A stretch of 64,000 bases of DNA from Felis catus (taxonomy: Eukaryota). A program made the translations under genes and the position numbers. The DNA lies in contig NC_058368.1 of NCBI RefSeq assembly GCF_018350175.1, forward strand, positions 22,508,001 through 22,572,000, given 5' to 3'. The first letter of the stretch is position 1, and each line of letters begins with the position of its first letter. Positions 25,794 through 38,422 of this stretch are shown here, in pieces. A model generated the notes under the pieces. It saw only the letters and a program-made list of their open reading frames with translations. It did no database searches and was not told the origin of the DNA.

Positions 25794-25969
25794 AGTTTAT
25801 TTATTTATTTTGAGAGAGAGATTGAGAGAGGGAAAGAGAGAATCCCAACCAGGCTCCACGCTGTCAGGACAGAACTGGACTCGGGGCTCAATCCCATGAT
25901 CCGTGAGGTCATGACCTGAGCTGAAATCAAGAGTCATATGCTTAACCGACTGAGCCAGCCAGGCACCCC
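25794..25969 (-). mobile_element. Can-SINE
   Basis: TSD TAGCCTAATAAGATTTTTAA on both sides. Confidence 0.94.
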
Positions 25970-26079
25970 TAGCCTAATAAGATTTTTAAGTGAAACCTCA
26001 AGCCTCAAAGTAAACAGTATTTCAAATTTGTTATTTACTCAACTAGTTTAATTTTGAACTCAGTAACTATAAATAGTGT

Positions 26080-26320
26080 TTTCTTTTTTTTCTTTTCAAA
26101 TTTTTATTTAAATACTAGTTAGTTAACATACAGTGTAATATTGGTTTCAGGAGTAGAATTCAGTGATTCATCACTTACATACAATACCCAGTGCTCATCA
26201 CAAGTGTCCTCCTTAATACCCATCCCTCATCCAGCTCAGGCCCCACCCACATATCTCTAGAAACCCTCAGTTTGTTTTCCATCTTTAAAAGTCTCTTAGA
26301 GTTTGTTTCCCTCTCTCTTC
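26080..26320 (-). mobile_element. Carnivore L1 3'UTR fragment (5'-truncated)
   Basis: T-rich tail then TTAACATACAGTGTAATATTGGTTTCAGGAGTAGAATT..CCCAGTGCTCATC; the same motif occurs at about 49920. Confidence 0.88.
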
Positions 26321-27726
26321 TGGGCACAATTCCCCTTCAGAAATCAGAATACTGACATTGACAGTCACAAACCCATATGTGAAAGCTCCAGGCTGGATTA
26401 GCCTGGAGTTCTCCCCAGCAGAAAGCAATTTAGTTAGGATTACATAGACAGAGGTTTAGAGAAGGCTGCCTCAAATGCATAACTTTTCAGGTTGGAGATT
26501 TTTGACATGGTGCAAATCGTATATCTACTCCTAAGCTCGTCTTTCATCTTTAACATTGTCACCTCTGCAGCAAGTTTTTCCAGAGCTACCTCTTCAGTCT
26601 GTTTTCACTGGTTTTTCAGCTACTTCCAAACTTAGTTCAGAAACTGCCCACTTTCCCTTCAACATACCTCACCATGCCTCCACTTTGTGGGTTTGGAATA
26701 ATTGTTTGCTTTTCAGCTTCCCCATGAAGACTGTAGTATAGAGAATGATTCACAGTCATATCTATTTCTTCAGTCTTACAGCCTGTTCGTGGCTTTCTTC
26801 TCTGCGTTTATTAGATTGTCTGCTCTTTTTTCCCCACCCTTCTGTCCAGTTCGTGACATTTTGCTTAGTCTTGGAATCAGTCTGTTAGGAAGTACTTTCT
26901 GAGATTGTGTGCTGATGACATTAGATGAGCATGAACTGCATTTTGTGTTGCAGAGCAAACAAGGATTGCATTTGTGTATTTTGGAGTAATGCTAGGGGAG
27001 CCAGCTTCCACAGGATGGCAGGGCTGAAGTGACAGGATCTCTTCTAAATTTCAAGGCAGCAGGGAAAACAAATCTGGACTAAAATAGGCAGACTGGAGCT
27101 GAAAGGCATCCTATTACCTGAGCATCAGGGCAGCGAACTAATCAATCTTCGACAGCACCACCAACCCCCCATTTTCCAGGTCATCTGTCTTATCACTCCA
27201 TTCTGTAACTCAGGACAATTTATTGCCTGTCTGTGGTTGCTTTGTGTTTGTTTTTCAGAGTGTGTGCTGAAAAGCTCTAATTCAGCCTATTTTGCTTAGT
27301 TCCTCATGTGTGCATTTGTCTTATCTTTTTTTGGCTTGATTATTTTATGGTAGAGAATTTACTCTGTAATAGATGGGTTGTAATTTGCTATCTCACTTGA
27401 AATTGATACAAAATATGCAAGTGGAGAATGAATGATTAGGTCTTAGATGCATTTGCTTCATCCTCCTTCTCTGTCTGGGAAAATTAATTCTGATTGCCAC
27501 ACACTTATTATAGTACATCCCCAATGAACTGCTTTTTCAGAGAGTTTTTGTTTACCTATGGGAAGTGAATAGTTCAACAGCCACACTAACAAAATCATCA
27601 CTACAAGTACTTGGGAGAATGTATTCTTTGAGAATACCATATACTTTCAATATTAAATTTAAGAATTATACCTAGTAATAATTTGCAATCTTAAAAGTAA
27701 TTTGCAGACAGTAAAGGAAATTGGTA

Positions 27727-27880
27727 TTTTTTTAAAAATAAAATTTATTGTCAATTTAGCTAACATACATTGTATACAGTGTGCTCTTGGTTTTGGGGGT
27801 AGATTCCCATGATTTGTCACTTATATACAACAACCAGTGCTCATCCCAACAAGTGCCCTCCTCAATGCCCATCACCCATT
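27727..27880 (-). mobile_element. Felid/carnivore L1 extreme 3' end
   Basis: CAGTGCTCATCCCAACAAGTGCCCTCCTCAATGCCCATCACCCATTT shared with the L1 at 49893. Confidence 0.88.
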
Positions 27881-27929
27881 TAAAATTGTTCTCAAATCTA
27901 AAAATTTCCTCTAACCTCTTGTTGTTAGC

Positions 27930-28432
27930 TGTGGCAAAGACTGTGTAGCTTTTCAATAAAATTCACATTCTGTTCTTCCTTGGTTACATTTCCTAGTCCC
28001 TTGGTATCTGAGTGGGGTCATATGCCCAGTGGCAATTGAGAGGAAGTAATGGGTGTCACCCCTAGACAGGCAGTTAAGACTTGGGGTGCCTTTTTTGTAT
28101 AGCATGTGACTCTTGATCTTGGGGTAGTGAGTTTGAGCCCCATTTCGAGCATAGAGTTTATTTTGAAAAAAACAAGAGTTGGGGTGCCTTTGCGGTACAC
28201 TCTCTTTTCTTCAACAGCAGGGAGATCATAGAGGATCCAGTGGTAGCTCCAGTGCTCTTCTAAGATACAGAAACACTAGCTTGAAGGAGCCTTGGTGCCT
28301 TAGTCACTGTGTGGAACAGAGCTTCCTGCTGACACTCACTGGGCTGTGATGTGAACAATAAAAACAGCCATTGTATTAAGCCACTAAGATTTTGGGGTCA
28401 TTACTGCAGTTAATCTACCCTGGTTAAAACAT
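27930..28432 (+). mobile_element. MaLR solo LTR (MLT1J-like) containing a short SINE
   Basis: TGTGGCAAAGAC start; ACATTTCCTAG; GAAGGAGCCTTGGT; TTAAGCCACTAAGATTTTGGGG. Confidence 0.7.
28094..28173 (+). mobile_element. Short 5'-truncated tRNA-head-only Can-SINE
   Basis: AGCATGTGACTCTTGATCTTGGGGTAGTGAGTTTGAGCCCCA..TAGAGTTTATTTT plus A tail; 17/18 direct repeat at 28076-28093 and 28174-28191. Confidence 0.8.
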
Positions 28433-28504
28433 CAGATAAGCATGAATACCTGCTCAAAAAAATGATTGTGAATGCTGATTAGCTGGCTGCCAATTCTAGG
28501 TATC

Positions 28505-29185
28505 CCAAATGAAACAAAATAAATGTTGGCAAGGATGTGGTGAAATTGGAACGCTTGCACATTGCTGGTAAGAATGTAAAATGGTACAGTAACTGTGGGA
28601 AGCAGTACATAGCTCCTCAGAAAATTAAATGTAGAAATACCATATGATCCATCCATTCCATCTTTGGGGATACACTCAAAAGAATTGAAAGCAGAGACGC
28701 AAACTGATATTTGTACACCAACATTCATAGTAGCATTAGTAGCATTGTTCACAAGAGCCAAATGGTAGAAACAACCCAAGTGTCCCCCAGGGGATGAATG
28801 GATAAGCAAAACGTGGTATAGACGTACAATGGAAGGTTAGGAGGAAGGAAATTCTGACACTTGCTACAACATGGATGAATCTTGAAGACATTATTCTAAG
28901 TGAAATAAGCCGGTCAGAAAAGGACAAATACTGTATGGTTCTCCTTATATGACATGCATAGCACAGTGAAATTTGTAGAGGCGGAAAGTAGAATGGTAGT
29001 TGCCAAGGGCCGGGGGGAGAAAGAATAGGGAGTTAAACTGTTTCAATGAGTATAGAGTTTCAGTTTGTGAAGATAAAAAGAGTTATGGACGGTGGTGATG
29101 GCTGCACAATAATGTGGATGTACCGAATGCCCCTGAAATGTACACTTAAAAATAATTAAAATGGTTCATTTTACCATGCAAAAAA
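28505..29185 (+). mobile_element. L1 (L1MB-like) ORF2 end and 3'UTR
   Basis: TGTTGGCAAGGATGTGG..GCATTGTTCACAAGAGCCAAATGGTAGAAACAACCCAAGTGTCC..TGTACACTTAAAAAT. Confidence 0.9.
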
Positions 29186-29499
29186 ATTCTCTTCTTAATA
29201 TGTTCAAACCAAGTTATTTTCTACTGAATATTGATCAACAGATCAGTGTGGGACAAAAGAACATAAAATCAATTTAATTTTTCTCTTTGATAGAGGATGA
29301 ATCATGGAGAAAACAGAAGAGTGATAGGTTTTTACATTTCTTTATATAACTAAGACTTCAGTCTTAATATTAGTTGCCAAGTGTTGGGTTCATTGCACTT
29401 TTCTGTTTATCATACAATAACATCATTTCTCTGTGCAAAGTTCTTTTTAGTTTTATCTGATTATTCTTTTTCTCCTTCAGCCTTGATACCCCCACATCT

Positions 29500-30535
29500 G
29501 TGTTTGGCATAAATACTTTGATAAACATCTTCAAAATATATACACACACATATGTGTATACACGCAAATATGTCATATATTTAAATATGTATATATGCTT
29601 TGAACTTACACAATTGACATTTTGCTTTAACTCTCTATTCACTTTTTGTACTGACACTATTTTTTAAAAGCTCTACCCATGCTGTTTTATGTATCTCCAG
29701 TTTATTAGTTCTGACTTCTGTACAATATTCCACAATGAGCCTTCTACCATATCTTATTTATCCATTTCCCTAGGAAGGGCGGCTACTTTGCCTCCCACCT
29801 CTCTACCACAGAATGAAATGCTGTGATGAGCTTCTTTGTTTTTGTCACCCTAGGGTCTATGGATACTCTTCTGCGTTTTGCACCCAACAAGTGTGAAATA
29901 CTGAATTTATTAAGTTCTGCCATTTTTTTTTTCCTCCAGAATGGTTGCAGAGGTCTGGTGCCTCCAGCAGCAGTGCATGAGAAAACCCGTTTCCCCACAT
30001 TCTTACTAACGTTGGCTATTATCCAGTTCCAATTTTTTGCCAACCTATGCATAGGATAAAGGAGCCTTTTATTCTTTCAAGTTGCATTCATCTGATTACC
30101 AATGAGGTTGAATATCTTATTCATATATGTGCTATCCATTCTGATTTTCCCTTGTATACATTGCTTATTCATATTATTTGCCCTTTTTTTTCCTCTTGGG
30201 ATCCCCATCTTTTTCTTATTAATTGGTAAGAGTTTCTTGGAATACTAGTCTTTTGCTTTCCAACATTACAAAAATTGTCACTAATATCTAACTAAATTGT
30301 AAAATTTTTCTAGTGTGCTATTTGTTGAGCAGAAATTCTTACTTTTGATGTAGTCAAATGCTTAATTTTTGCCTTATGCTTAATACTTTTGAAGCCTTGC
30401 ATGGGAATCTATTTTTACTCCAAGGTCACAGATTCAGTTTGTGATACTTTTTCTACTTATGTTTTTAAACCATCTGGAGTGTTTCTTCATACATTGGGGG
30501 AGGTAAGGATAAACTTTATTATTCTCCATATGTGA
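29500..30535 (-). mobile_element. Ancient L1ME-type 3' region
   Basis: TTGCATTCATCTGATTACCAATGAGGTTGAATATCTT..TTTGATGTAGTCAAAT..AACCATCTGGAGT. Confidence 0.75.
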
Positions 30536-30739
30536 AAAAGGCCAGAATTTCCCAAAAGATTTTCCACAGAAGACTAATTATGTGAAATGTTAAGTAGGTA
30601 ACAGAAAAAAAGAGTTCTATGGTTAAATAAATTTGGGATAAATCTGGTTAAACAATCATAAGCATAATTCCATCCTACAGATCTTTCAGAATCTTTAATG
30701 TACTAATATACATTATGAATAGTCGGGAAACGTCCACAG

Positions 30740-31048
30740 CAGGGCTGGTCAAACTACCAGTCCCTGGACCAAATGTAGCCCAAGGTCTGTTTTTGTACAA
30801 CCTGCAAATTAAGGATGTTCCTTACATTTTTAAAGGGTTGTGAAGAAGAAGGAGAAGTAGCAGGAGAAGAAGGAGAAGAAGGAAGAAGAAAGAGGAGGAG
30901 GAGGAGGAGGAGGGGGAGGAAGAGGAGCAGAAGGAGAAGGAGAAGGAGAAGGAGTAATGGTAGTAGCAATAACAGGGACCATATGTGGCTCATAAAACTT
31001 AAAATATTTACTATCTGGCCCTTTACAGCAAAAGTTTGCCAATTGCTA
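30740..31048 (-). mobile_element. MER58 (hAT-Charlie MITE) with an internal GA-rich expansion
   Basis: CAGGGCTGGTCAAAC start; AAAATATTTACTATCTGGCCCTTTACAGCAAAAGTTTGCC is the MER58 terminus. Confidence 0.88.
30842..30954 (+). repeat. Polypurine (GAA/GGA/GGAGAA)n tract
   Basis: About 110 bp that is almost entirely A/G. Confidence 0.95.
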
Positions 31049-31929
31049 ATCTATAGTATGCAAAGTATCCAAAGTACACTGACCCCAGAACCCTTTGGTA
31101 GAGGACAGTCTCCTGGCACTAGCATTTTGCCACACAAATACCAAGAAGCACTGGCCTCGATCAACAGAGTGTAAATAAAAGCAAAAGTCTGGCAGTTTTC
31201 CAAATAATTGGAAAGCTGTAGAGTCATAAAATTATTAAAGATTTAATTGATCTCATTGGTCATCCAGTCCCAACCTTCTACCCAAAGTCATTCCAATCAA
31301 TAAAGAAATTTGACTTTTCTCTTCATTTGCACTACCACCGAGGGGAGATGCCTCTAGAAGCAGGTCCACAGACTGTGTTTGTCTCCCCTGTGGCGGTTCT
31401 GTCACCTCCACTGACACAGCGATCTATTGTCTCTGCCCCAACCACTCACTCAAAACTGCAAATTCCACTTGTATTTCTCCGTCGCTTCAATGTTGCTGAA
31501 AATACTCCATTGATAAAGCCTTGTATCTCACAGCCTGGCTCTCATATTTTTTTCGTCCCTGAAACTGTTTCTTAAAGGATCTAAGATAATTTCCTTTCTC
31601 TATATTTTTAAATACACTTTGAAAGAGACGGATTAAAGAAATTTTTATTATGTGAATTTCTAATAGCTGCAAAAGAATGGGATAGAGTAATGTAACAAGA
31701 ACAAGAACAATTGACCAGTGTATAATGTGCGAAAGTCTGAAAACTGTTTATCCTGTTGATTAAACCCGTATTAAAATATTATATTCCTTTTAGAGATGAA
31801 CTTTGGGAAGAGATATGGAGAAGTTAGAAAGGTACCCCCAAATTGCAGCCAAAATAATTGGGTGGTTAAAAAGGAATGTGAGGATATGAGGATACTTGGA
31901 GTATCAGCTAGGCATGTTTCCATAGCACA

Positions 31930-32527
31930 GAGTATAGGAAGGGAAAAATAGAAACTGTACAGAGGAGAAAACCAGCAAACATTACCTTAACCAGATGATC
32001 AAGGCTAACATTCCGTGGTGTCCTGTGGCTGTCACGTACCCCCAGTGATGATGTAACGAGAAAGGTACTTCACCTCTGTGGCATTCTTTCCACAAACCTA
32101 TAACCACAGTTTTATCATAAGAAAAACAACAGACCCAGATTGTGGGAAATGCTACAAAATACCTGACTGGTATTTCTCAAAACCATTACGGTCAAGGTGA
32201 TGAAAAACGAGGGAGAGCTGAGAAACTCTCACTGGAAGACAAGAAGATACCAAGGAAACATGGCAACTTACTGCAACATGGTATTCCAGATTGGATCCTG
32301 GAACAGGAAAACCTGGTAACATCCAAATAAGATCTGGAGTCCAGTGAATAGCAATGTATCAGTAGTGGTTTTTTAGTTTTGACTAATCTATGGACTATCA
32401 TAGTGTTTGATGGTAACATTAGGGGAAACAGAAACTGACTGATGGGTATAAGGGAACTCTCAGCACCATTTTTGCAACTTTCTTGCAAACATAAATTTTT
32501 TCTAAAGTAAAGAGTTTATTTTAAAAA
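31930..32527 (+). mobile_element. L1MC/MD-type 3'UTR
   Basis: TACCTTAACCAGATGATCAAGGCTAACAT..ATTGGATCCTGGAACAG..GGGAACTCT..TTTTGCAACTTTTCT. Confidence 0.85.
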
Positions 32528-34999
32528 TGGGGCAAAGGGGACAGCAGTGGAGCAGCAGTGAATGATGATGGTATTATGAAGTGTCAAGTTGTGGGGTGCA
32601 CACTGAGGACCCCATGAAACCGAAGCGGAGAGACTAGTGAGGGCTGAGGTGAAAAGTGCGGTGGGACATTGGATGGGAAGATGAGCACATTGCAGACGAG
32701 ACCATTACCATGAGTAAAAGGAGGACTGAAGATACTCTGCTCACGAGCTGGCACGAATGAGCTCACCAGAGCAGGTGAGGTTGGTGGGTTTGTGCAGGTA
32801 GGCTGGAGCCGAGCAGTGGTGGGTCACAGATCAGGGCAGGCAGCTCAGAATTGATTTGTCTGTGAGAAACCATTGAGGCATTACTGAAAAGGAAAAGCTC
32901 TTTATTGGCCAGAGGAGAGAAAGCATGGTTAATAATTCTCTGCAGCCACCTTAGTTATGTTAATAAGACCTACAAATCATAGATGAAAAATGAATGTCTT
33001 CTAATAAATAAAATACGTTTATATGGAGAAGAGATCTTGAGGCAGTAGGTTTTACCTGTGTGTGGGAAGAGGGGCTGAAATTAGGATTTGGTGCCTTTTG
33101 ATTGAGAAGCCATGAAGGCTGCCATAGAACCTCTTACAGGGAAGGAGATAGAGACCAGGATGGAGGGGTGTTGTGTGTTCTCTGTAGGATAGATAACCTT
33201 TACTCCAGGTTCCTAACAGATCTATGGCTCTATGATTTGAAAAATATTTTCTAAACCCAGGGTCATGGCTGCTTGTGAAAAATCAATGACTGTGCAGGGC
33301 TCTCCCATTTAGCTTTTCATTTCTACATTCTTAGGTCAGGCTGGTGAATGTAACTCTCAGAAAAATGATAGACTGCCCTGCTCCGAGCTGTGAGAAATAC
33401 AAGAAGGAACACGGTGCCTCATGTGCCTGGCTCTTTGGACTCGGGCCTGGCCTATGATACTCCTGCTAACCTGTAAACACCTTGCCATCTGTTGGCGCAA
33501 AGTCCAGTGATCCCGATTCTGAATGTGTTCTTTGGGGCAGTCACTCCAGGTTGTGTGTGGCTTGTTATAAAGAGCAGGAGCAGGCTTTTAGAGTGGTAGA
33601 GACGTCTCCATTTGCAACCCCGGTCATCTGCGGAGGCTCACGAACTTTCTCTCCATGGGGAAGGCCGTCATTTCTAAATCACAGCTCTGAGATTTTTTTT
33701 GGTCTTTGTCACACATAAGCAAGGATTGTTCTCATAGCGTATTTCCCAGTATCTTTCTGGAAATGTGGGTAAAAGCTTCTTATCATCTCGCCCTACTTAA
33801 TATTTCTGTTATAAACATGTTGCTGCTGAGAATGCAAGATAGCTTTGGTTCCTACAGATGGAGATGGATGAGGACTGCACTGGGGCATTCTGGGCAGGAG
33901 CAGATGTGTTTTGACATAATAGCTGGATCAGACTGACAGGGGCCTCGTGGCTGTAAGTGACGCAAGCTGAGTTTTCTCTTATCACACTGAGATCTCCCCT
34001 CTCTCCTGGACAGCGTCTCCTGGCTGCTATAGCACTGCTGTTTTGCCGTTAGAGTGCTCTCCCACTGGCTCCCTGGGAAGCAAGGTCCGCCTTTACATGG
34101 TGTCCCGGTGGGTGAGAGAGGTGTCTAGGAGGTGGAAACGGTGGGGACAGCAAACTGTGCTGCTTCTACACACTTCGGCTGGCTGGAGAGGTTCAGGCTC
34201 ACCATCCCCATGACTCTTAATAAAATGAACAAAGCGGAACCTAAAATTACCACCTACTTCCCATCATCCCATCTATGATTCATAGAACCATGTTACTGGA
34301 ATGGACTGAGAACAGCATGTGCACATCACTCACTCAGATGGCAGGCCACATTTCAACGTTTTGTTTCATCTCTGAGTTTTCTCCCCCTACTCTCTACCCC
34401 CGCTTGCAGACGATGTGCTTGGCCTTCTCTCACCACTGACATTCTCTCTACTGTGTTTGAGGTAATGCTCAATAAACTAGGATTGACTCTCCATGAGAAA
34501 AGAGATGTTTTTAAGACACAATTGTAGACTTCAAAATCTTGAAGTAAATTTAGCAAAATATCAATGCAATATATTGACCACTGAATTCAGTGACCCCTTA
34601 ACTTGTCAAGTTGGAGACCATTGGTGGTCTTGTCAAGAATAGTCTCGATAGAGTGGTGGGGAGAGAATCCTCAATGAACTGGTTTGAGGAGGGCACCTAA
34701 AGGGAAGAAAAGGAGACAAGTCCTGAAAGAAGTTCTGCTGTGAAAGGAAGTGAGGAGAAGGGAGGGTTTAAGACAAAAGCTACTAAAATAAAGCATGTCT
34801 ATATGCCGGTATTGGTGCTCTTTGCTGACCCAGGAGAAAGAGAGAATTGATGTGACCCATTCATCTCCTCCTGTTTCTAAAAGCAGAGGCCTCTGAAAAT
34901 GATTCAGTTTTGTTTTATGACCACTTCCTTTTCTACTAGTTTATAACTGTTTCAGGGAGGAAATCATGTCTGATTCATTCTTGCATTTCAAAAAATACT

Positions 35000-35160
35000 T
35001 TAATGTTAGGTCCACAGGAGCAGGGATCAGGGCTGCCTTTATCCCTGTTGCATCCACAGTGCCTAGCACAGTACTTAGAGCATAGTAGGTGTTCGTTAAC
35101 CAGTTGTGTAATTGAATGGTTGCTTATAGAAGGAATGCATGAGCGTATAAATGAGCAAAC
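35000..35160 (+). mobile_element. L2 3' end
   Basis: CAGTGCCTAGCACAGTACTTAGAGCATAGTAGGTGTTC. Confidence 0.7.
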
Positions 35161-35409
35161 TTGGTTATCTATTTTTTTGGAGGTTTTGTTGGAAAATTTG
35201 AATCACGAGCTGTCTTTCCTCTTCTTGTTTTTTTCCAGTTCTAGGAACTTGATCTTGAAACACATAAACATACTCAGGAAATGTTAAATTTAATATTCAT
35301 TTAGAAGAACAGATTGTTGCAAAGGAACTTACTTGTTTCACGTTCTCAATACGAGTGATTTTGGGGGCTTTCCTCTATTTTGGAATATCTGTTTGTCTTC
35401 TTTAGATTT

Positions 35410-35580
35410 ATAAAGTGCTTTTCCACCTGTCGTCTCGTCCTTTTATCAGTCTTGAAAGGAAGTGAGAATAGAAATTATTATTCCCATTTTAGAGGTATGG
35501 AAACAGAGGCCCAGAAGAGTTCAGTAACTTACTCAAGGTCACATAGTTCATTGGTGCAGATGAGGACCTTGACTTCAAAT
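35410..35580 (-). mobile_element. MIR fragment
   Basis: TTATTATTCCCATTTTAGAGGTATGGAAACAGAGGCCCAGA..TAACTTACTCAAGGTCACA. Confidence 0.8.
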
Positions 35581-36440
35581 ACCTTTTCTGTCCTTTCAAT
35601 GAATTACTATTTAAGTTCTCAATTTAGTAAGAGCTCTTCACCGACATCCTGTGACTCAGAGGATCCACTCCTGTTTTTATTCCATTTGTTTCATTTCTGT
35701 GCAAAGCAGTAACAAAACTGTTTCTCAGGGCAGGACATGGTTCATTAAGCCTCTGCAAAGTTTTAACCTTTTCCAAGAGTAGAGGCAGATGGAACAGGCC
35801 GTAATGAGGTTGCCTCTGCTTGGTGGGAATTGCTGGGTTGGACTGGATAAAGAGCATCCAGCCTGGAGGCTGAATCCTCCAGTGGCATTTCTTGTTTTGT
35901 GATATGCAGCTTTCTGCAGCAGGCAGGCAGGCAGGGGATGAAACGTTACCATTTCCAAATCAAAGCAAATGTTCCACTCTTTGAAAGGTGAGATGGAGAC
36001 TCCTCCCTCTTTGAAAAAGATTGTTGAAAATGAGTTCCACTTCAAAGTGTGTTGATCCGGGAAATGTTGGCTCTGGTCACATAGAGCTTGTGACTATGGC
36101 ATGAGACAAACCTTGACAAGCAGAGGACATGTTCCCAAATCAGCAGTGGACACAAGAACCTATTGTATTTCCTGGTAAATGAAATAAACGTAAGAATAAA
36201 CTGAGTACTTAAGCATATCACAGACGTGAAGTTCAGACTCACTCATACACTTATCTAGGACGTACGCTTGGTCAGGGGCTGAGCATTAAGCAAGGCTTCC
36301 ACATGAGCATAGCAAATTCAATTGCACAAGCCGTACAATATTTACAGACCAGCAGATTAATTAAAAGACTCACAGTGTGAACTGGGTTACATTGCTGCAC
36401 TATATCAACTCCTAAGGAATAAATGGTTCTGTTTCTTTTC

Positions 36441-36647
36441 TTTTAATGTTTATTTACTTTTGAAGGAGAGAGAGACAGAGTGTGAGTCGGGGAGGGGCAG
36501 AGAGAGAGGGAGGCACAGAATCCAAAGCAGGCCCCAGGCTCTGAGCTGTCAGCACAGAGCCCAATGCAGGGCTTAAACTCACAAGCCACAAGATCATGAC
36601 CTGAGCCGAAGTCAGACGCTCAACTGACTAAGCCACACAGGTGCCCC
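36441..36647 (-). mobile_element. Can-SINE (SINEC_Fc-type)
   Basis: Full body ending CAGGTGCCCC. Confidence 0.93.
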
Positions 36648-36839
36648 ATTTGTTTCTTTCCTTTTAAAAAAAATTTAGCTTTACAGAGATACAATTGACA
36701 AATGAATTATTATAAAAATATAAATATAATATATAAATATATAAAATATAAAGTAATAAATTATTGTAAGATAAAGTGTACATAATAGTGATTTGGTAGA
36801 CATATACATTATATTGTTTCTTAATTATAATATAATTGC

Positions 36840-37055
36840 TTTTTTAAGTTTACTTATTTTGAGAGAGAGAGAGAGAGAAAGAGACAGACAGAGTGCACAG
36901 GGGAGGGGCAGACAGAGTACAAGAGAGAATCTCAAGCTGGCTCCACACTGTCAACATAGAGCCTGATACGGGACTCTGTCTCATGAAAATGAGATCATGT
37001 CATGAGCCAAAATCAAGAGTTGGATGTTTACCTGACTGAGCCACCGAGGTGCCCC
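36840..37055 (-). mobile_element. Can-SINE (older)
   Basis: GAATCTCAAGCTGGCTCCACACTG..GACTGAGCCACCGAGGTGCCCC. Confidence 0.9.
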
Positions 37056-38389
37056 AATGATAATTTTTAAAAGTCCTTTGGTTCCCCCAAATAATGTTAT
37101 CTCATGAGCCATGCAGACAGGTCCAGGAAAAGCCTATTGTGCAGGCTTTTCCACACCTGATTGTAATCGCATTCCAATGACACCCTGTTTAGGAACCATG
37201 ATGGTGAACCACTTCAACATTTAATGGCCTTCCATCTGTATGTGCTTGTCTTTTCCTTGTTCTCCATTGTACTGTCAACTTCCTGGGGGGGGGGGGGAGG
37301 TAGTTTCATCTTTTGTCTCCCTCATCTAACGTAGCGCATGACATTTAGTAGGTAATGATAATTATTTGTTGAATTGAATTATAAGGCAGTTGTATCATGC
37401 TGGCTATAATGAACTTGTGTGATCTCATTCTTGCCTAGACTTGATGAGATCTTCCCTGGAAGTATTTATTTCCACGTGTGGCTCCTTTTAAGAAAGTGGT
37501 GGGTCTGTCTTGCCAACTACTACATCTCCAGTTCTGATACGTGGTGACATTTCAAAAGCAACTGTTTATTTCTTCTGAAGAGGAGAGCAAGGCTATTCAA
37601 AGTTTCTGAAAGCCCTTGGCATATTATACAAGTAAGGGGAAAAAGTTTGCCGCTGGTAAACCTGAAGAGCTTGAGGAAGTATTGTTGAAGCTTGTTAGTA
37701 GAGTAGAGCATTCTTACCCAGAGGCTGACCACTTTTAGATTAGCCATGTTTGATTCAAGTGTTAGACCCTAAGTTAATTTTCACAATTGACCAAAATTGG
37801 ACTAATCTGACACATTGATACTCAAACTTGAAAGGACAGTGACTTTTCTTCGTTAATTTTCAACAGTGTTCCAAGGAACCTTTGGGGTTTCACAGAAATC
37901 TCAGGCAAGCTAATTGGATGAGGCTCCAATCTGTTTCTTTTGCCTTCATCCAGGGACCCTCATTTGTAGTTGATTTATTTACCAGTCTGTAAAATTTCTT
38001 TTGAAAAGAGAAAGTTCCATGGCTTAAAGGAAAAAAGAAAAAAATTTCAGAAATTAGTGCACATAACAATCCTAAAACTGTTCCCAAATAACTGTAATAT
38101 TCCTACCTGTAAAATTCCTACCTGAGAGCTGGAGGTGGCATGCTAGCTGTCTTTGGGAAAGTATGAAACCTTTATCAGTTCAAACATCAAAAGGCTACAG
38201 ATTTGTTTGTAAAACATACAGCAGATTGTGAATCATTGTATTTAATTCCTTTTTTTTTGACTTCCTGTTTTATGTGCATTTGTCAACTAAGTCGTGAACT
38301 TTTTTAGAGCAATAACAATAATTTTTGTCTCTGTTGAATTTAGCACAATGCCTAGCATGATAAAGTTATACCAAGTGAATAAATGGACA

Positions 38390-38422
38390 AATGGATGGAT
38401 GGATGGATGGATGGATGGATGA
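38390..38422 (+). repeat. (GGAT)n microsatellite at the tail of an L2 remnant
   Basis: ATGGATGGATGGATGGATGG... preceded by AGCACAATGCCTAGCA. Confidence 0.9.

Larger units (their letters stand above)
30543..31130. mobile_element. Charlie4-like hAT remnant hosting MER58
   Basis: CAGAATTTCCCAAA..GTTCTATGGTTAAATAAATTTGGGA; resumes after MER58 with TGACCCCAGAACCCTTT. Confidence 0.45.

Noticed and set aside
30815..31174. Protamine-like Arg-rich ORF and its poly-Leu/Pro antisense ORFs
   Set aside because: These are translations of a GA-rich simple repeat inside MER58.
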